NCBI GenBank assembly: GCA_043745805.1
Contig: JAYTSD010000020.1
Span: 128,001 to 192,000 of the forward strand
DNA length: 64,000 bases
Reading direction: 5' to 3'
From: Fibrobacteria bacterium
GTDB taxonomy: Bacteria; Fibrobacterota; Fibrobacteria; UBA11236
Shown here piece after piece: positions 27,791 through 37,388 of the stretch (position 1 is its first letter; each line of letters opens with the position of its first letter). The notes under the pieces were generated by a model, which worked only from the letters and a program-made list of their open reading frames with translations, was not told the origin of the DNA and made no database searches. A program made the position numbers and the translations under genes.

Positions 27791-29011
27791 ATGGCTATGA
27801 CTGGGGAAAATGCCGATAAGGCCAATACTGCATTAACTGAAAATCAGAATTTAGAACCTGATCGTATTGCGGGTCGTTTTTGGGTGATTACCAAAATGGC
27901 CACCTTCGTTGCGACCTTGGTTTGTTTATTTCTTGATCATAATTTATGGGCCACTATTTTTCTTTCCGCCTCATCTTTTATGGGGTTTTACGCTTCTTTT
28001 AAAATTCGTCATGATGATATTGAAAGACCGCTCACTTTATTTTGGTTGGAGCTCGGCGAAAAACTTTTAGCCAATATTATATTCTTGGTTTTGTTTTTGC
28101 GTTTGGTTTGGGATCCGCATGAATCCTTTCCGCTCATGCTTTTGGTGGGCCTTATCACTATCACGGTGCGAAATATTTTTTATCTCATTTTCTCAATATC
28201 TTTATTGAAAGAACATCGTGCCCTACCGCTCAATAGTATATGGGGTAAAATCACTACACTTTCTTCAAATATCACCATGATTTTATATGTGTGGAATTCG
28301 GAACACTACTCCCGCATTATGATGGTCATCAGTATTATTTTGATTTTCTGCACGAGTATAGGCTATTTGTATTTTTATTATCGCGATGTGGACTCACGTA
28401 AACCTGTATCTGTGGCCACGCAAGTTACCCTTAGTCGCATTATACTTAGCCCCTTTTTCATTTGGGTATTTTTTTACGACAATAATTTGGAATATCAAGA
28501 CAATCATTTAGTATTTAAAATTATCGCGGCCTTAATGGCCATATTTTTTGTAGCGAGTGATGGTCTCGATGGCTATTTGGCACGCAAACGTGGCGAGGTA
28601 ACCAATCTCGGAAAATTCTTGGATCCGTATTCCGATAAAATCTCCAATATGGTAATTTTTCTTTGCTTTCTCGCATCGGGCTATGCGGCGGTGTGGATGG
28701 TGGCAGTAATTCTTTTCCGTGAATCCACCATTGAAACCCTACGTACTTTAGCCGCTGCCGAAGGCGTAATTATCGATGCGCGTAAAAGCGGCAAATGGAA
28801 AACCGCAATTCAAGGAGTGGCGGTAATCACTATTTTAGTTTTAGAAATAGCAGATACTTTAATCAGTAAATACTCGCCCAATCTTGCCTATTGGAAAGAT
28901 ATTTGGAATTATACGCCTTATACTTTGATGACCATTGTTACGATAATCACTTTATTATCGGGCGTAGATTATTTTGTAGCCAATCAAAAGGTATTGAAAA
29001 AATATTTTTAA
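27791..29011 (+). CDS. pgsA: CDP-alcohol phosphatidyltransferase (PgsA-like) with an extra N-terminal membrane domain
   Basis: C-terminal half carries SDGLDGYLARKRGEVTNLGKFLDPYSDK, RE and GKWKT. Confidence 0.8.
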   Translation: MAMTGENADKANTALTENQNLEPDRIAGRFWVITKMATFVATLVCLFLDHNLWATIFLSASSFMGFYASFKIRHDDIERPLTLFWLELGEKLLANIIFLVLFLRLVWDPHESFPLMLLVGLITITVRNIFYLIFSISLLKEHRALPLNSIWGKITTLSSNITMILYVWNSEHYSRIMMVISIILIFCTSIGYLYFYYRDVDSRKPVSVATQVTLSRIILSPFFIWVFFYDNNLEYQDNHLVFKIIAALMAIFFVASDGLDGYLARKRGEVTNLGKFLDPYSDKISNMVIFLCFLASGYAAVWMVAVILFRESTIETLRTLAAAEGVIIDARKSGKWKTAIQGVAVITILVLEIADTLISKYSPNLAYWKDIWNYTPYTLMTIVTIITLLSGVDYFVANQKVLKKYF

Positions 29012-29034
29012 GCACAAATTCACATGAGTTTTTT

Positions 29035-29895
29035 ATGAAAATTTCCGTATTAGGTTTAGGTATTATTGGACAAGCTTGGGCACGTAATTTACAAGCCGAT
29101 GGATTAGATATTGTCACTTGGAATAGAACACCCAAAGATTTTCCTGGCTATACTTCCGATTTAGAAAATGCCATTGCCGGCGCTGACCTTATCATTATCG
29201 TGGTAGCCGACCCTCCAGCAGTGGCGGCAATTTTGGATAAGGTAACGCCAAAGTTAATGCCTTCCCAAACTATTATTCAATGCAGTACTATTTCAGCGAT
29301 GTGGACACAAAAATTTGCGCGGCAAGTGGAAGCAACCGGGGCAAAATTTTTAGAAGCTCCTTTCACCGGAAGCAAACCCGCTGCCGAAGCACGCAAAACT
29401 GTTTTTTATATCGGCGGCGATGCGGCCCTCTTAACTAAAGCGCAACCGACCTTACAGCGTTTATCCCAAACCATTTTACATATTGGTCCTTTAGGCAGCG
29501 CCTCCTCATTAAAGCTAGCGATGAATATGAATATCGCCTTAGTCATGCAAGCACTTTCCGAAAGCCTCATGTACGCAAGGCGTGAAGGCATTAGTGATGA
29601 AATATTTTTTCAAGCTTTAGGGGTAAATGTTTCGCGCTCAGGACTTTCCGATTTAAAAGAAACGAAATTAAAAACCGGAGATTTCACCCCGCAATTTTCT
29701 TTGAAGCATATGCACAAAGATTTAAACCTTGTTCTTGAAAGTATTAAGGGCGAGAGCACGAAAAGCGATAGTCCTAATAAGTTTTCACTCCCACAATTAC
29801 AGGCTCTTAAAGCCATTTATGATCAAGGGGTGGAAGCGGGTTTAGGCGATGAGGATTTTAGTGTTTTAATTCAATTACTGCAAAATAAAACCTAA
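29035..29895 (+). CDS. NAD(P)-dependent beta-hydroxyacid dehydrogenase (3-hydroxyisobutyrate dehydrogenase family)
   Basis: GLGIIG Rossmann motif, EAPFTGS, KLAMN, FSLKHMHKDL. Confidence 0.9.
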   Translation: MKISVLGLGIIGQAWARNLQADGLDIVTWNRTPKDFPGYTSDLENAIAGADLIIIVVADPPAVAAILDKVTPKLMPSQTIIQCSTISAMWTQKFARQVEATGAKFLEAPFTGSKPAAEARKTVFYIGGDAALLTKAQPTLQRLSQTILHIGPLGSASSLKLAMNMNIALVMQALSESLMYARREGISDEIFFQALGVNVSRSGLSDLKETKLKTGDFTPQFSLKHMHKDLNLVLESIKGESTKSDSPNKFSLPQLQALKAIYDQGVEAGLGDEDFSVLIQLLQNKT

Positions 29896-29998
29896 GCAAA
29901 GCAAACCAATCAAAACTTAATGCGCTAAGAAAATTTAGAACACGGCATTTTTAATTTTTATCTTTCCTCTTTTTCTCCCTTTCAGTAAGGAAAATTTT

Positions 29999-30979
29999 AT
30001 GGTCAGTCCATTAATAGTCGGTGTAGGTGCCGCTCTCGTTGATCTACTCATTGAAGAAAATGATGCTTTTTTAAATAGCCTTGATTCACAAAAAGGCGGC
30101 ATGACTTTAGTCGATTTGCCACTCATTGAAAAAGCTCTTACTCAATCCAAAGCCAATGTAAAAAAGGTTCCTGGCGGATCGGCTTGTAATTCCTTAGTGG
30201 GCATTGGTCATTTGGGTGGCCGGTCACGCATGATAGGCCGCTTAGGACAAGATGCTTTAGGTGAAGCCTTTTTAAGCGGCATAGCTAAAGCGGGTGTGGA
30301 AAGTGAAATCACTATTACTACGGCTAATACGGGCCGCGTGCTTTCGGTAGTCACTCCCGATGCACAACGTACCATGTTTACTTATTTAGGCGCCTCGGCT
30401 GAATTGCATCCCGATGATATTTTGGCAAAACATTTTGCGGATGCCGATATTGTTTTACTCGAAGGCTATTTACTTTTTAATCGTCCGGTAGTAGAAAAAA
30501 TTTTGGCCCTAGTGGCCAACTCTCCTGCCAAATTAGCTTTGGATTTAGGGTCCTTTCAAGTGGTGGAATTTTGCCGCCCCTTTTTGGAAGAAATTGTGCG
30601 CGATCATGTGGATATTCTTTTAGCCAATGAAGACGAAGCGAAAGCCTTTACCGGACTTGGAGAACAAGAGTCTTTAGAGTTTTTTAGTAATCAAGTTGAA
30701 TTAGCCGTAGTGAAATTAGGTAAGCGCGGCGTACTTTTATCCCAAGGCAAAAAACGCGCAAATATTGTGGGCGAAGTGGTGAATGCCATTGATACCACGG
30801 GTGCTGGCGATTTATGGGCGGCTGGTTTTCTCTATGGCTTAACCCAAGGTTATGGCTTAGAAAACTCAGCACGTTTGGGTTGCAAAGTTGGTGCCGAGGT
30901 GGTGCAAGTCATGGGAGCCTCCATTCCTGAGGCCGGTTGGCAACGCATTAAGGCCTTTGAGTCACAACTTCAAGCATAA
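29999..30979 (+). CDS. PfkB-family kinase, adenosine/inosine kinase-like
   Basis: KGGMTL, PGGSACN, DAQRTMFTYLGA, DTTGAGDLWAAGF. Confidence 0.88.
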   Translation: MVSPLIVGVGAALVDLLIEENDAFLNSLDSQKGGMTLVDLPLIEKALTQSKANVKKVPGGSACNSLVGIGHLGGRSRMIGRLGQDALGEAFLSGIAKAGVESEITITTANTGRVLSVVTPDAQRTMFTYLGASAELHPDDILAKHFADADIVLLEGYLLFNRPVVEKILALVANSPAKLALDLGSFQVVEFCRPFLEEIVRDHVDILLANEDEAKAFTGLGEQESLEFFSNQVELAVVKLGKRGVLLSQGKKRANIVGEVVNAIDTTGAGDLWAAGFLYGLTQGYGLENSARLGCKVGAEVVQVMGASIPEAGWQRIKAFESQLQA

Positions 30980-31077
30980 TTGGACAAGACCACAGTTTTC
31001 TAGCTATATTTGGCTATGGCCATTCATTTCCCCGCCATAGCATTTTTTCAAATCCACATTTTTTGGAAGGCTAAATT

Positions 31078-32595
31078 ATGGCCCGTATATTAGAAGATTT
31101 TTCTCGTACCTTTTCCGAATACCTTTTGGTTCCTCGCTTAACCAAGCTTGAGCATACGCCAAAAAATACGGTTTTGCATACGCCTATCAAACGATTTAAA
31201 AAAGGTGAAACTCCTTTGCAATTAAATATTCCCATCGTTTCGGCAGCTATGCAATCGGTTTCGGGTTCAGAAATGGCCATCGCTTTGGCGCGCCAAGGTG
31301 GCCTCACCTTTACTTACTGTTCGCAAAGTATTGAAAGCCAAGCAGCTATGGTAAATAAAGTTAAATCGCATAAAGCCGGTTTTGTACGTAGTGACTCGAA
31401 TGTGAAGCCCTCGGCTACTTTAGCCGAACTCGTAGAAGTGATGAAGCGTACGGGTCACTCCACGGTTCCGGTAACCGACGATGGCACTAATACTGGAAAG
31501 TTGCTCGGCATTATTACCGACAAAGATTTTTGGGAATATGAAGATGATTTATCCTCCTTAGTGCAAGACCATATGACCAAAAGGGAAAATGTGATTTTCG
31601 GCAATGTGGGTGTGGCTTTAAAAGAAGCGAATCGACTTTTGTATAAACATAAAAAAGAATGTTTGCCGATTTTGGAAGCGAATGGAAATTTAAATTCCTT
31701 AGTTTTCAAAAAAGATTTTGTCGATCATCAAAATAATCCCAATGAATTATTAGATGCACAAAAACGTTTCATGGTGGGCGCAGCGATTAATACTCATGAT
31801 TTTAAAGAACGTGTTCCTGCCCTCATAGAAGCAGGCGTAGATGTTCTTTGCTTTGATTCTTCGGATGGGTATTCGGAATTTCAAAAAGACTCGGCCTTAT
31901 GGGTACGGGAAAAATATGGAGATAAAGTGATACTCGGCGGCGGCAATATCGTTTCTGCCGAAGGTTTCCGCTATTTAGTAGAAGAAGCGAAACTCGATTT
32001 CATTAAAGTAGGCATTGGTGGGGGTAGCATCTGTATTACCCGTGAACAAAAAGGCATAGGCCGCGGCCAAGCCTCTGCGATAATGGAAGTCGCTGCCGAA
32101 CGCGATAAATATTATGCCGAAACCGGAATTTATATTCCTTTATGTTCCGATGGTGGCTTAGCAAATGACACACAAATCATTGTGGCCTTAGCCATGGGTG
32201 CCGACTTTGTGATGATGGGCCGTTACTTCGCGATGACCGATGAAAGCCCTACTCCCAAAGTGTCCATCAAAGGCCGTATATATAAACCCTATTGGGGCGA
32301 AGGGTCGAATCGCGCCCGTAACTGGCAACGCTACAAAGAAGGCGAGTCCGGCGTGTCCACCCGTTTGCAGTTCGAAGAAGGTATTGATGGTTATGTGCCG
32401 GTAGTCGGTTCGGTGGATGAAGTATTAAGTGTTACCCTCAATAAATTACGCAGCACCATGTGCAATGTAGGTTCCATGACCTTAGGCACTTTCACGGAGA
32501 ATGCGGTACTCACCTTGGTATCCGAACAAAGTATAGTCGAAGGCGGCACTTCGAATGTGATTCAAATCGAATCTAATTTTGAACAAGGGAAATAA
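31078..32595 (+). CDS. guaB: IMP dehydrogenase
   Basis: [12 protein letters not shown] catalytic loop, CBS pair, YWGEGS. Confidence 0.95.
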   Translation: MARILEDFSRTFSEYLLVPRLTKLEHTPKNTVLHTPIKRFKKGETPLQLNIPIVSAAMQSVSGSEMAIALARQGGLTFTYCSQSIESQAAMVNKVKSHKAGFVRSDSNVKPSATLAELVEVMKRTGHSTVPVTDDGTNTGKLLGIITDKDFWEYEDDLSSLVQDHMTKRENVIFGNVGVALKEANRLLYKHKKECLPILEANGNLNSLVFKKDFVDHQNNPNELLDAQKRFMVGAAINTHDFKERVPALIEAGVDVLCFDSSDGYSEFQKDSALWVREKYGDKVILGGGNIVSAEGFRYLVEEAKLDFIKVGIGGGSICITREQKGIGRGQASAIMEVAAERDKYYAETGIYIPLCSDGGLANDTQIIVALAMGADFVMMGRYFAMTDESPTPKVSIKGRIYKPYWGEGSNRARNWQRYKEGESGVSTRLQFEEGIDGYVPVVGSVDEVLSVTLNKLRSTMCNVGSMTLGTFTENAVLTLVSEQSIVEGGTSNVIQIESNFEQGK

Positions 32596-32618
32596 GTTGT
32601 TATTGCTTGTTTTGTGTT

Positions 32619-32753
32619 AGGGGAAAGCCTTCCCCTGGCCTCGGCTTCACGATTTAACACGGTGGTTACGGTCACATTCGACAAGCTCAGTGACCGAACG
32701 GGGAATGTTAAATCGTGTGATCCTCGGCCACCCCTTCTCCATCACGGCAGTGT
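32619..32753. repeat. Composite nested palindromic element (family C with a family B hairpin inside)
   Basis: Hairpin 32619-32636; IR cacgatttaaca 32648-32659 / tgttaaatcgtg 32706-32717 enclosing the hairpin at 32669-32696; 32723-32753 recurs inverted at 35150-35180. Confidence 0.8.
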
Positions 32754-32949
32754 CCACTGATACGGAAAGTTTCGTTTTTATTGGGTTTCTAAAGCAATTA
32801 TAACCTAGCTAAAGCCTTATCAAGCAATGACTTTCGCAATTCCCCTTTCGCAATTCGCAAAACGCAAAATGCATTCTCGAGAATTTGTAAAAACACATCA
32901 AAAAATAAGCATAAGCTGCCAAATAACAGAACTTTCATTACTTTAATTT

Positions 32950-32966
32950 TTGGTATAGCTATTGCG
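32950..32966 (+). promoter_or_regulatory. Sigma54 (-24/-12) promoter of the pilin gene
   Basis: TTGGTATAGCTATTGCG gives GG-N10-GC, ~75 bp upstream of the pilin ATG. Confidence 0.75.
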
Positions 32967-33039
32967 AGTACCCTTTCTCAGAACAAAGTCGCAGGCAAGG
33001 TTGTCATGGGCTTTTCGGGTACACAAAAAGGAGCAAACA

Positions 33040-33453
33040 ATGAAAAAGCAAGCAAAAAAAGGTTTCACATTAATCGAGTTGATGGTGGTTATTGTTATCA
33101 TCGGTATTCTTTCCGCTTTGGCTATTCCAAAGATGTTGGGTGTTAGTGCAAAGGCTAAAGCGGCGGAACCACTTCCTATTCTTGCAAATTATGAAACACT
33201 ACAAAGCTCTTATTATCAAGAAAAAGGTGTATTAGGGGACTCGACGGCTATAGGTTGGTCCGGTTCGGGTTCGACTTGGTTCACTTATCTGGCTACCACA
33301 AATACAAAAGTTCAAGCTATCGTTAAAAAGACATTCGGTGATTGTACCCTAACCACTGACTTTTGGACTTCAACACCTGATGCAACAGCTAGTGCATTTA
33401 CCCATCTTGCTCCGGTCACTGGAAAATGTGCCGCTTACACTTCTAATTTCTAA
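33040..33453 (+). CDS. pilA: Type IV pilin (probable major pilin)
   Basis: AAGGAG SD; MKKQAKKG/FTLIELMVVIVIIGILSALAIP prepilin motif; C-terminal Cys pair; own promoter and terminator. Confidence 0.85.
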   Translation: MKKQAKKGFTLIELMVVIVIIGILSALAIPKMLGVSAKAKAAEPLPILANYETLQSSYYQEKGVLGDSTAIGWSGSGSTWFTYLATTNTKVQAIVKKTFGDCTLTTDFWTSTPDATASAFTHLAPVTGKCAAYTSNF

Positions 33454-33466
33454 GCGTATCTTTTTA

Positions 33467-33503
33467 AATTAAAAAGCCCAGCCAATGGTTGGGCTTTTTA
33501 ATT
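33467..33503. terminator. Bidirectional intrinsic terminator
   Basis: aattaaaaagcccagcc-aat-ggttgggctttttaatt. Confidence 0.85.
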
Positions 33504-33713
33504 TTGGTTTTTTGAATCATCTTGAAAAAAGTTTAAAGAAATGCGAACCTCAAAGACAGCTAATGATTTTATAGCTTTAATCTTTTTTGATTTTAGAAAT
33601 AAAGCATTATTAAAAATAATACTCTAGCAATGTTTCTCATCTGAACTATTATCGAGGTGAAATGAAAAATAAAATTAACCTATTGTCCATTCTATTTGGA
33701 TTTTCTGGTGCTG

Positions 33714-34131
33714 TGTAACTCCCGACTTAGGTAGACAGTTTCTACCATTAAAATATTTCGAGGGATTTAGAGATGAATTGAAAAGCGCATCATGATATTT
33801 CAAGAAAATTAACGATTTTAAATTATGCTAAAGAATTTGGCAACATAGCTAAAACTTGTCGTCACTTTGTTAACTATGTGGCAAATAAATTCCCTTTCCG
33901 AATAAAAATGATTAGAACAGATAATGGCCACGAATTTCAAACTAAATTCCATTGGCATGTTTGTGATTTAGGTATCGAACATGCATATATTAAACCATCG
34001 TCACCCAGACTGAATGGAAAAGTAGAACGTTCTCATCTTACAGATGAACGAGAATTTTACCAACTTTTGGATTATAAGGGGGACGTTGATTTAAACGAAA
34101 AACTTGTTCAATGGGAAGGCTACTATAACCA
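33714..34131 (+). mobile_element. IS481-family remnant (internal deletion, premature stop)
   Basis: TGT end at 33714; MN*KAHHDISRKLTILNYAKEFGNIAKTCRHF joined to the integrase core RTDNGHEF...NGKVERSH. Confidence 0.8.
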
Positions 34132-34277
34132 TGATCTGCGCCCTTGTTCACGGACATTTAGTTAAACAACACAATCCCTCTTCTCAAACTCGGCTGGGCT
34201 AACATGGCCGATGTTGAATGTTGTCGCTGAGCGGCGTGTTTCAGGCAAAATGTCCGTTTAGTGTAATTTAAATTACA
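34132..34277 (-). mobile_element. Internally deleted IS3-family remnant (~146 bp)
   Basis: TG...CA ends with a shared ACGGACATTT inverted core; minus strand encodes RQHST/GHVSPAEFEK, an IS3 transposase C-terminus with a 1-nt deletion. Confidence 0.65.
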
Positions 34278-34302
34278 ATATCGTAGTTGTCATTGACACC
34301 CT

Positions 34303-34956
34303 ATGTTTGAGCTCAATAATTGGTGCTATTCCAAAATATTTTTTGCGACACTGTCACAACAATTGAGTTGGTCACATATAGTTGAAATGATTAAGGTCGA
34401 AGAGCCTATCAAACGTGATTTTTATATCAATATGTGCACCCAAGGTCGTTGGTCCGTTCGTACCTTGCGCGAACGTATGGACAGCATGCTTTTCGAGCGT
34501 ACCGCCATTTCAAAACAGCCGGAAGCAATGATACACAATGAATTGACGGCACTGCAACAAAATCAAAGTATAACGCCTCATCTTTTTCTGAAAGACCCTT
34601 ATCTATTCGATTTTCTCGATTTGCTTTTCTACCACCGTAAACTTCGACGTTTAGTATTAATTGAATTGAAGATGGGTGATTTCAAACGCGAACATAAAGG
34701 TCAGGTCGAAATGTATCTCAAATGGTTAACCAAATATGAACAACAACCTAGTGAACAGTCACCTATTGCCATTATTTTATGTAGCGGAAAAGATACGGAG
34801 CTAGTTGAATTGATGGACTTAGAACCTGACAATATTCACATAGCAGAATATTGGTTAACATTACCTCCCAAAGAAGTGCTACAAGCCAAATTACATAAGG
34901 CTATGATCGAAGCTAGAGAAAAGTTAGACCTTCGAATCGAAGGAAATGACAAATGA
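34303..34956 (+). pseudogene. DUF1016 (YhcG, PD-(D/E)xK) gene, truncated and internally deleted
   Basis: LSWSH, WSVRTLRE; KDPYLFDFL fused directly to DLLFYHR...IELK; N-terminus missing. Confidence 0.8.
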
Positions 34957-35005
34957 ACTTCGGTATGATAGACAAAACCATTTTGCAATGGTTACCGAAA
35001 AGACC

Positions 35006-35047
35006 AAAAATAGTAGGGGTTGAAAATCATCAACCCCTACTATTTTT
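35006..35047. repeat. Family A REP variant (18-bp perfect stem)
   Basis: aaaaatagtaggggttga-aaatca-tcaacccctactattttt; compensatory change relative to 5091-5118. Confidence 0.85.
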
Positions 35048-35083
35048 CATCGTGTGGGACCTTAAAGGATGTATTTAGGAATA

Positions 35084-35120
35084 GGTTACGGTCACATTCG
35101 ACAGGCTCAGTGACCGTAAC
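35084..35120. repeat. Family B palindromic hairpin
   Basis: 35084-35116 matches 32664-32696 at 32/33 nt. Confidence 0.85.
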
Positions 35121-35149
35121 GCCCGTGTTTACGGACGCAGAGTCCCTCC

Positions 35150-35180
35150 ACACCGCCGTGATGGAGAAGGGGTGGCCGAG
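35150..35180. repeat. Family C repeat, inverted copy of 32723-32753
   Basis: 30/31 nt reverse-complement identity. Confidence 0.85.
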
Positions 35181-35388
35181 AGGAGAACGGTGCGCTACTC
35201 ACCTAATAAGCGTAACTGCAAAATACCTTTCGCAAGCGCTTCGTAATAAAAAAATGCATTCATGATTGCTTCAATAGCGATCAATTGGTCAACATGCCCC
35301 GGCTTCACCCTTGATTTTAGAAAATAAGTATTGAAGGAAAAAACTTTCTCCTTCTTTTCGTTCAATGATTTTGGCCAATTACTCTCAC

Positions 35389-35712
35389 TCATTTCAAGCA
35401 ATCGGTTTTAATCAACTTCGCTAAATCATTTTTTGAAATGTCTAATTCGAAAAGGGATCTTATTAAAAGATCAATAGAAACAGAGACATCGCCGGCTTCC
35501 ATTTTTGCAACTCTCGATTGACTGGAGTTCAATCTTTCGGCAAGCTGAGTTTGCGTTAAATGTTTTGCTTTTCTTGTTCTAGTCAAATTTCTTGCTAGAG
35601 CCAGCTTCAATTCAATGTATTCCACTTCGGAAGCACTTAATCCCAGAAAATCCTTGGTTTCTCTGACTTTCCATCCGGAAGAGTCGAGTTTTTTCTTTTT
35701 GTTTGCATCCAT
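35389..35712 (-). CDS. XRE-family HTH protein (orphan antitoxin)
   Basis: MDANKKKKLDSSGW..DFLGLS..LTQTQLAERLNSSQSRVAKME. Confidence 0.85.
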   Translation of the reverse strand: MDANKKKKLDSSGWKVRETKDFLGLSASEVEYIELKLALARNLTRTRKAKHLTQTQLAERLNSSQSRVAKMEAGDVSVSIDLLIRSLFELDISKNDLAKLIKTDCLK

Positions 35713-35770
35713 AATATTTAAGTTCCAAATAACCACACGACCCGTTTATTATCAAAAAATAATTTACGAG

Positions 35771-35799
35771 ATTTTATGCCTAAATTGACATAATGTCAA
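35771..35799 (-). promoter_or_regulatory. Sigma70 promoter with an overlapping palindromic operator
   Basis: Minus strand TTGACA-17 nt-TAAAAT; palindrome ttgacat-a-atgtcaa 35785-35799 covers the -35 box. Confidence 0.75.
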
Positions 35800-36148
35800 G
35801 GAGACCCTTCCATTAGGGGATGATTATATATGCGCGCAAAAGGTTGTCCGCTAGGGTATTTATGGGTCGTCCCCTTTTCCACCATGAAACTATTTCACCA
35901 AATAAAGGGGATTAGTTTTCAAGATTGGAGATTAAGCAAATACGCCGAAAGGAGAGGCCCTCCCACCAAAAATCAACATATTTTCATCAGTAAAAATAAA
36001 ATATCGGTAAATCATGATAAACCGATACTTTATTTTTGGGATTATTAGTACAATTATTCATCAGTAAAATTTTCGCAGCGTTCCTTATGGATGCGCGGCA
36101 AAATAGAATGATTTTACGAGACTTTAAAAATTTAACGCAGGAGTTACG

Positions 36149-37321
36149 ATGGCAAAACATCTCTTCACCTCTGAATCTGTATCCATGGGTCATCCCGATA
36201 AAATGGCGGATCAAATTTCTGATTCTATTCTCGACGCAATGCTCGAACAAGATCCAAAAAGCCGCGTGGCTTGCGAAACCTTAATCACTACCGGTTTGGT
36301 TGTGGTGGCCGGTGAGATCACTACCAAAGCGAATATTGATTTTCAAAAAGTGGTGCGCGACGCGATAGGTCGTACAGGTTACACCGATGCGGCTTTTGGT
36401 TTTGATAATAAAACTTGCGGTGTGATGATAGCACTGGATAAACAAAGCCCAGATATTTCCCAAGGCGTTAGCGAAGGCGAAGGCAAATTTAAAGAACAAG
36501 GCGCTGGCGACCAAGGTATGATGTTTGGTTTTGCATGTGATGAAACCGAAGAATTAATGCCTATGCCTATTCATTTGGCGCATCGTTTGATTGAAAAAAT
36601 TACTGAACTTCGCGAAAACAAAACTTTAAATTACTTGCGTCCCGATGCAAAATCCCAAGTTACTGTGGAATATGTAGATGGCAAGCCTAAGCGTATTGAC
36701 ACGGTTGTGCTTTCTACCCAGCATGATGAAAATGTTACGCATGCAACCATTGAAAAAGATATTATTGAAAAAGTTGTGCGCGCGGTTATTCCTGCGAATT
36801 TACTCGATACCCAAACCAAGTTTTTTATTAATCCAACCGGCCGCTTTGTAGTAGGCGGTCCTATGGGCGATTGCGGTTTAACGGGCCGTAAAATTATCGT
36901 GGATACTTATGGTGGCATGGGCCGTCATGGTGGCGGTGCTTTCTCGGGCAAAGATCCTTCTAAGGTGGATCGTAGTGCCGCGTATGCTGCACGTTACGTT
37001 GCGAAAAATATCGTAGCCGCTGGTTTGGCTACCAAATGCGAAGTGCAAGTGGCTTATGCCATTGGTTATGCTAAACCAGTTTCGGTCTTTGTAGAAACTT
37101 TTGGAACTGGCAAAATTCCTCAGGAAGCTTTGGAAAAATTAGTGAGCGAACATTTTGATCTCACGCCTGCCGGCATTGTTAGCACTTTGGATTTGCTCAA
37201 GCCACGTTATAAAGCCACCGCCGTGCATGGCCATTTTGGTCGCAAAGGCGATAGCTTTACTTGGGAAAAAACCGATAAAGCGGCTGCTTTGAAAGAAGCT
37301 GCTAAAGCGTATTTAAAATAA
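36149..37321 (+). CDS. metK: S-adenosylmethionine synthetase
   Basis: [28 protein letters not shown]. Confidence 0.98.
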   Translation: MAKHLFTSESVSMGHPDKMADQISDSILDAMLEQDPKSRVACETLITTGLVVVAGEITTKANIDFQKVVRDAIGRTGYTDAAFGFDNKTCGVMIALDKQSPDISQGVSEGEGKFKEQGAGDQGMMFGFACDETEELMPMPIHLAHRLIEKITELRENKTLNYLRPDAKSQVTVEYVDGKPKRIDTVVLSTQHDENVTHATIEKDIIEKVVRAVIPANLLDTQTKFFINPTGRFVVGGPMGDCGLTGRKIIVDTYGGMGRHGGGAFSGKDPSKVDRSAAYAARYVAKNIVAAGLATKCEVQVAYAIGYAKPVSVFVETFGTGKIPQEALEKLVSEHFDLTPAGIVSTLDLLKPRYKATAVHGHFGRKGDSFTWEKTDKAAALKEAAKAYLK

Positions 37322-37388
37322 TCATCAGTAGTCAATTGAGTAATTAAAAGAACTAATCAAAAAACTATCAAAAGAAATAAGGAAAAAT

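Noticed and set aside
32983-32998. agtcgcaggcaa resembles a segment of the raiA RNA motif
   Set aside because: Only ~12 nt match and the leader is far too short for that RNA.
35020-35401. ORFs 35020-35265 (+) and 35195-35401 (-)
   Set aside because: The first is read through three repeats. The second may be a gene fragment coupled to the antitoxin but has no motif I can identify.
35800-36148. SAM or c-di-GMP riboswitch upstream of metK (gcaaa...gaaagg and gcgcaaa fragments)
   Set aside because: Fragments are in the wrong order, lack the required pairing, and no SAM-I core is visible.
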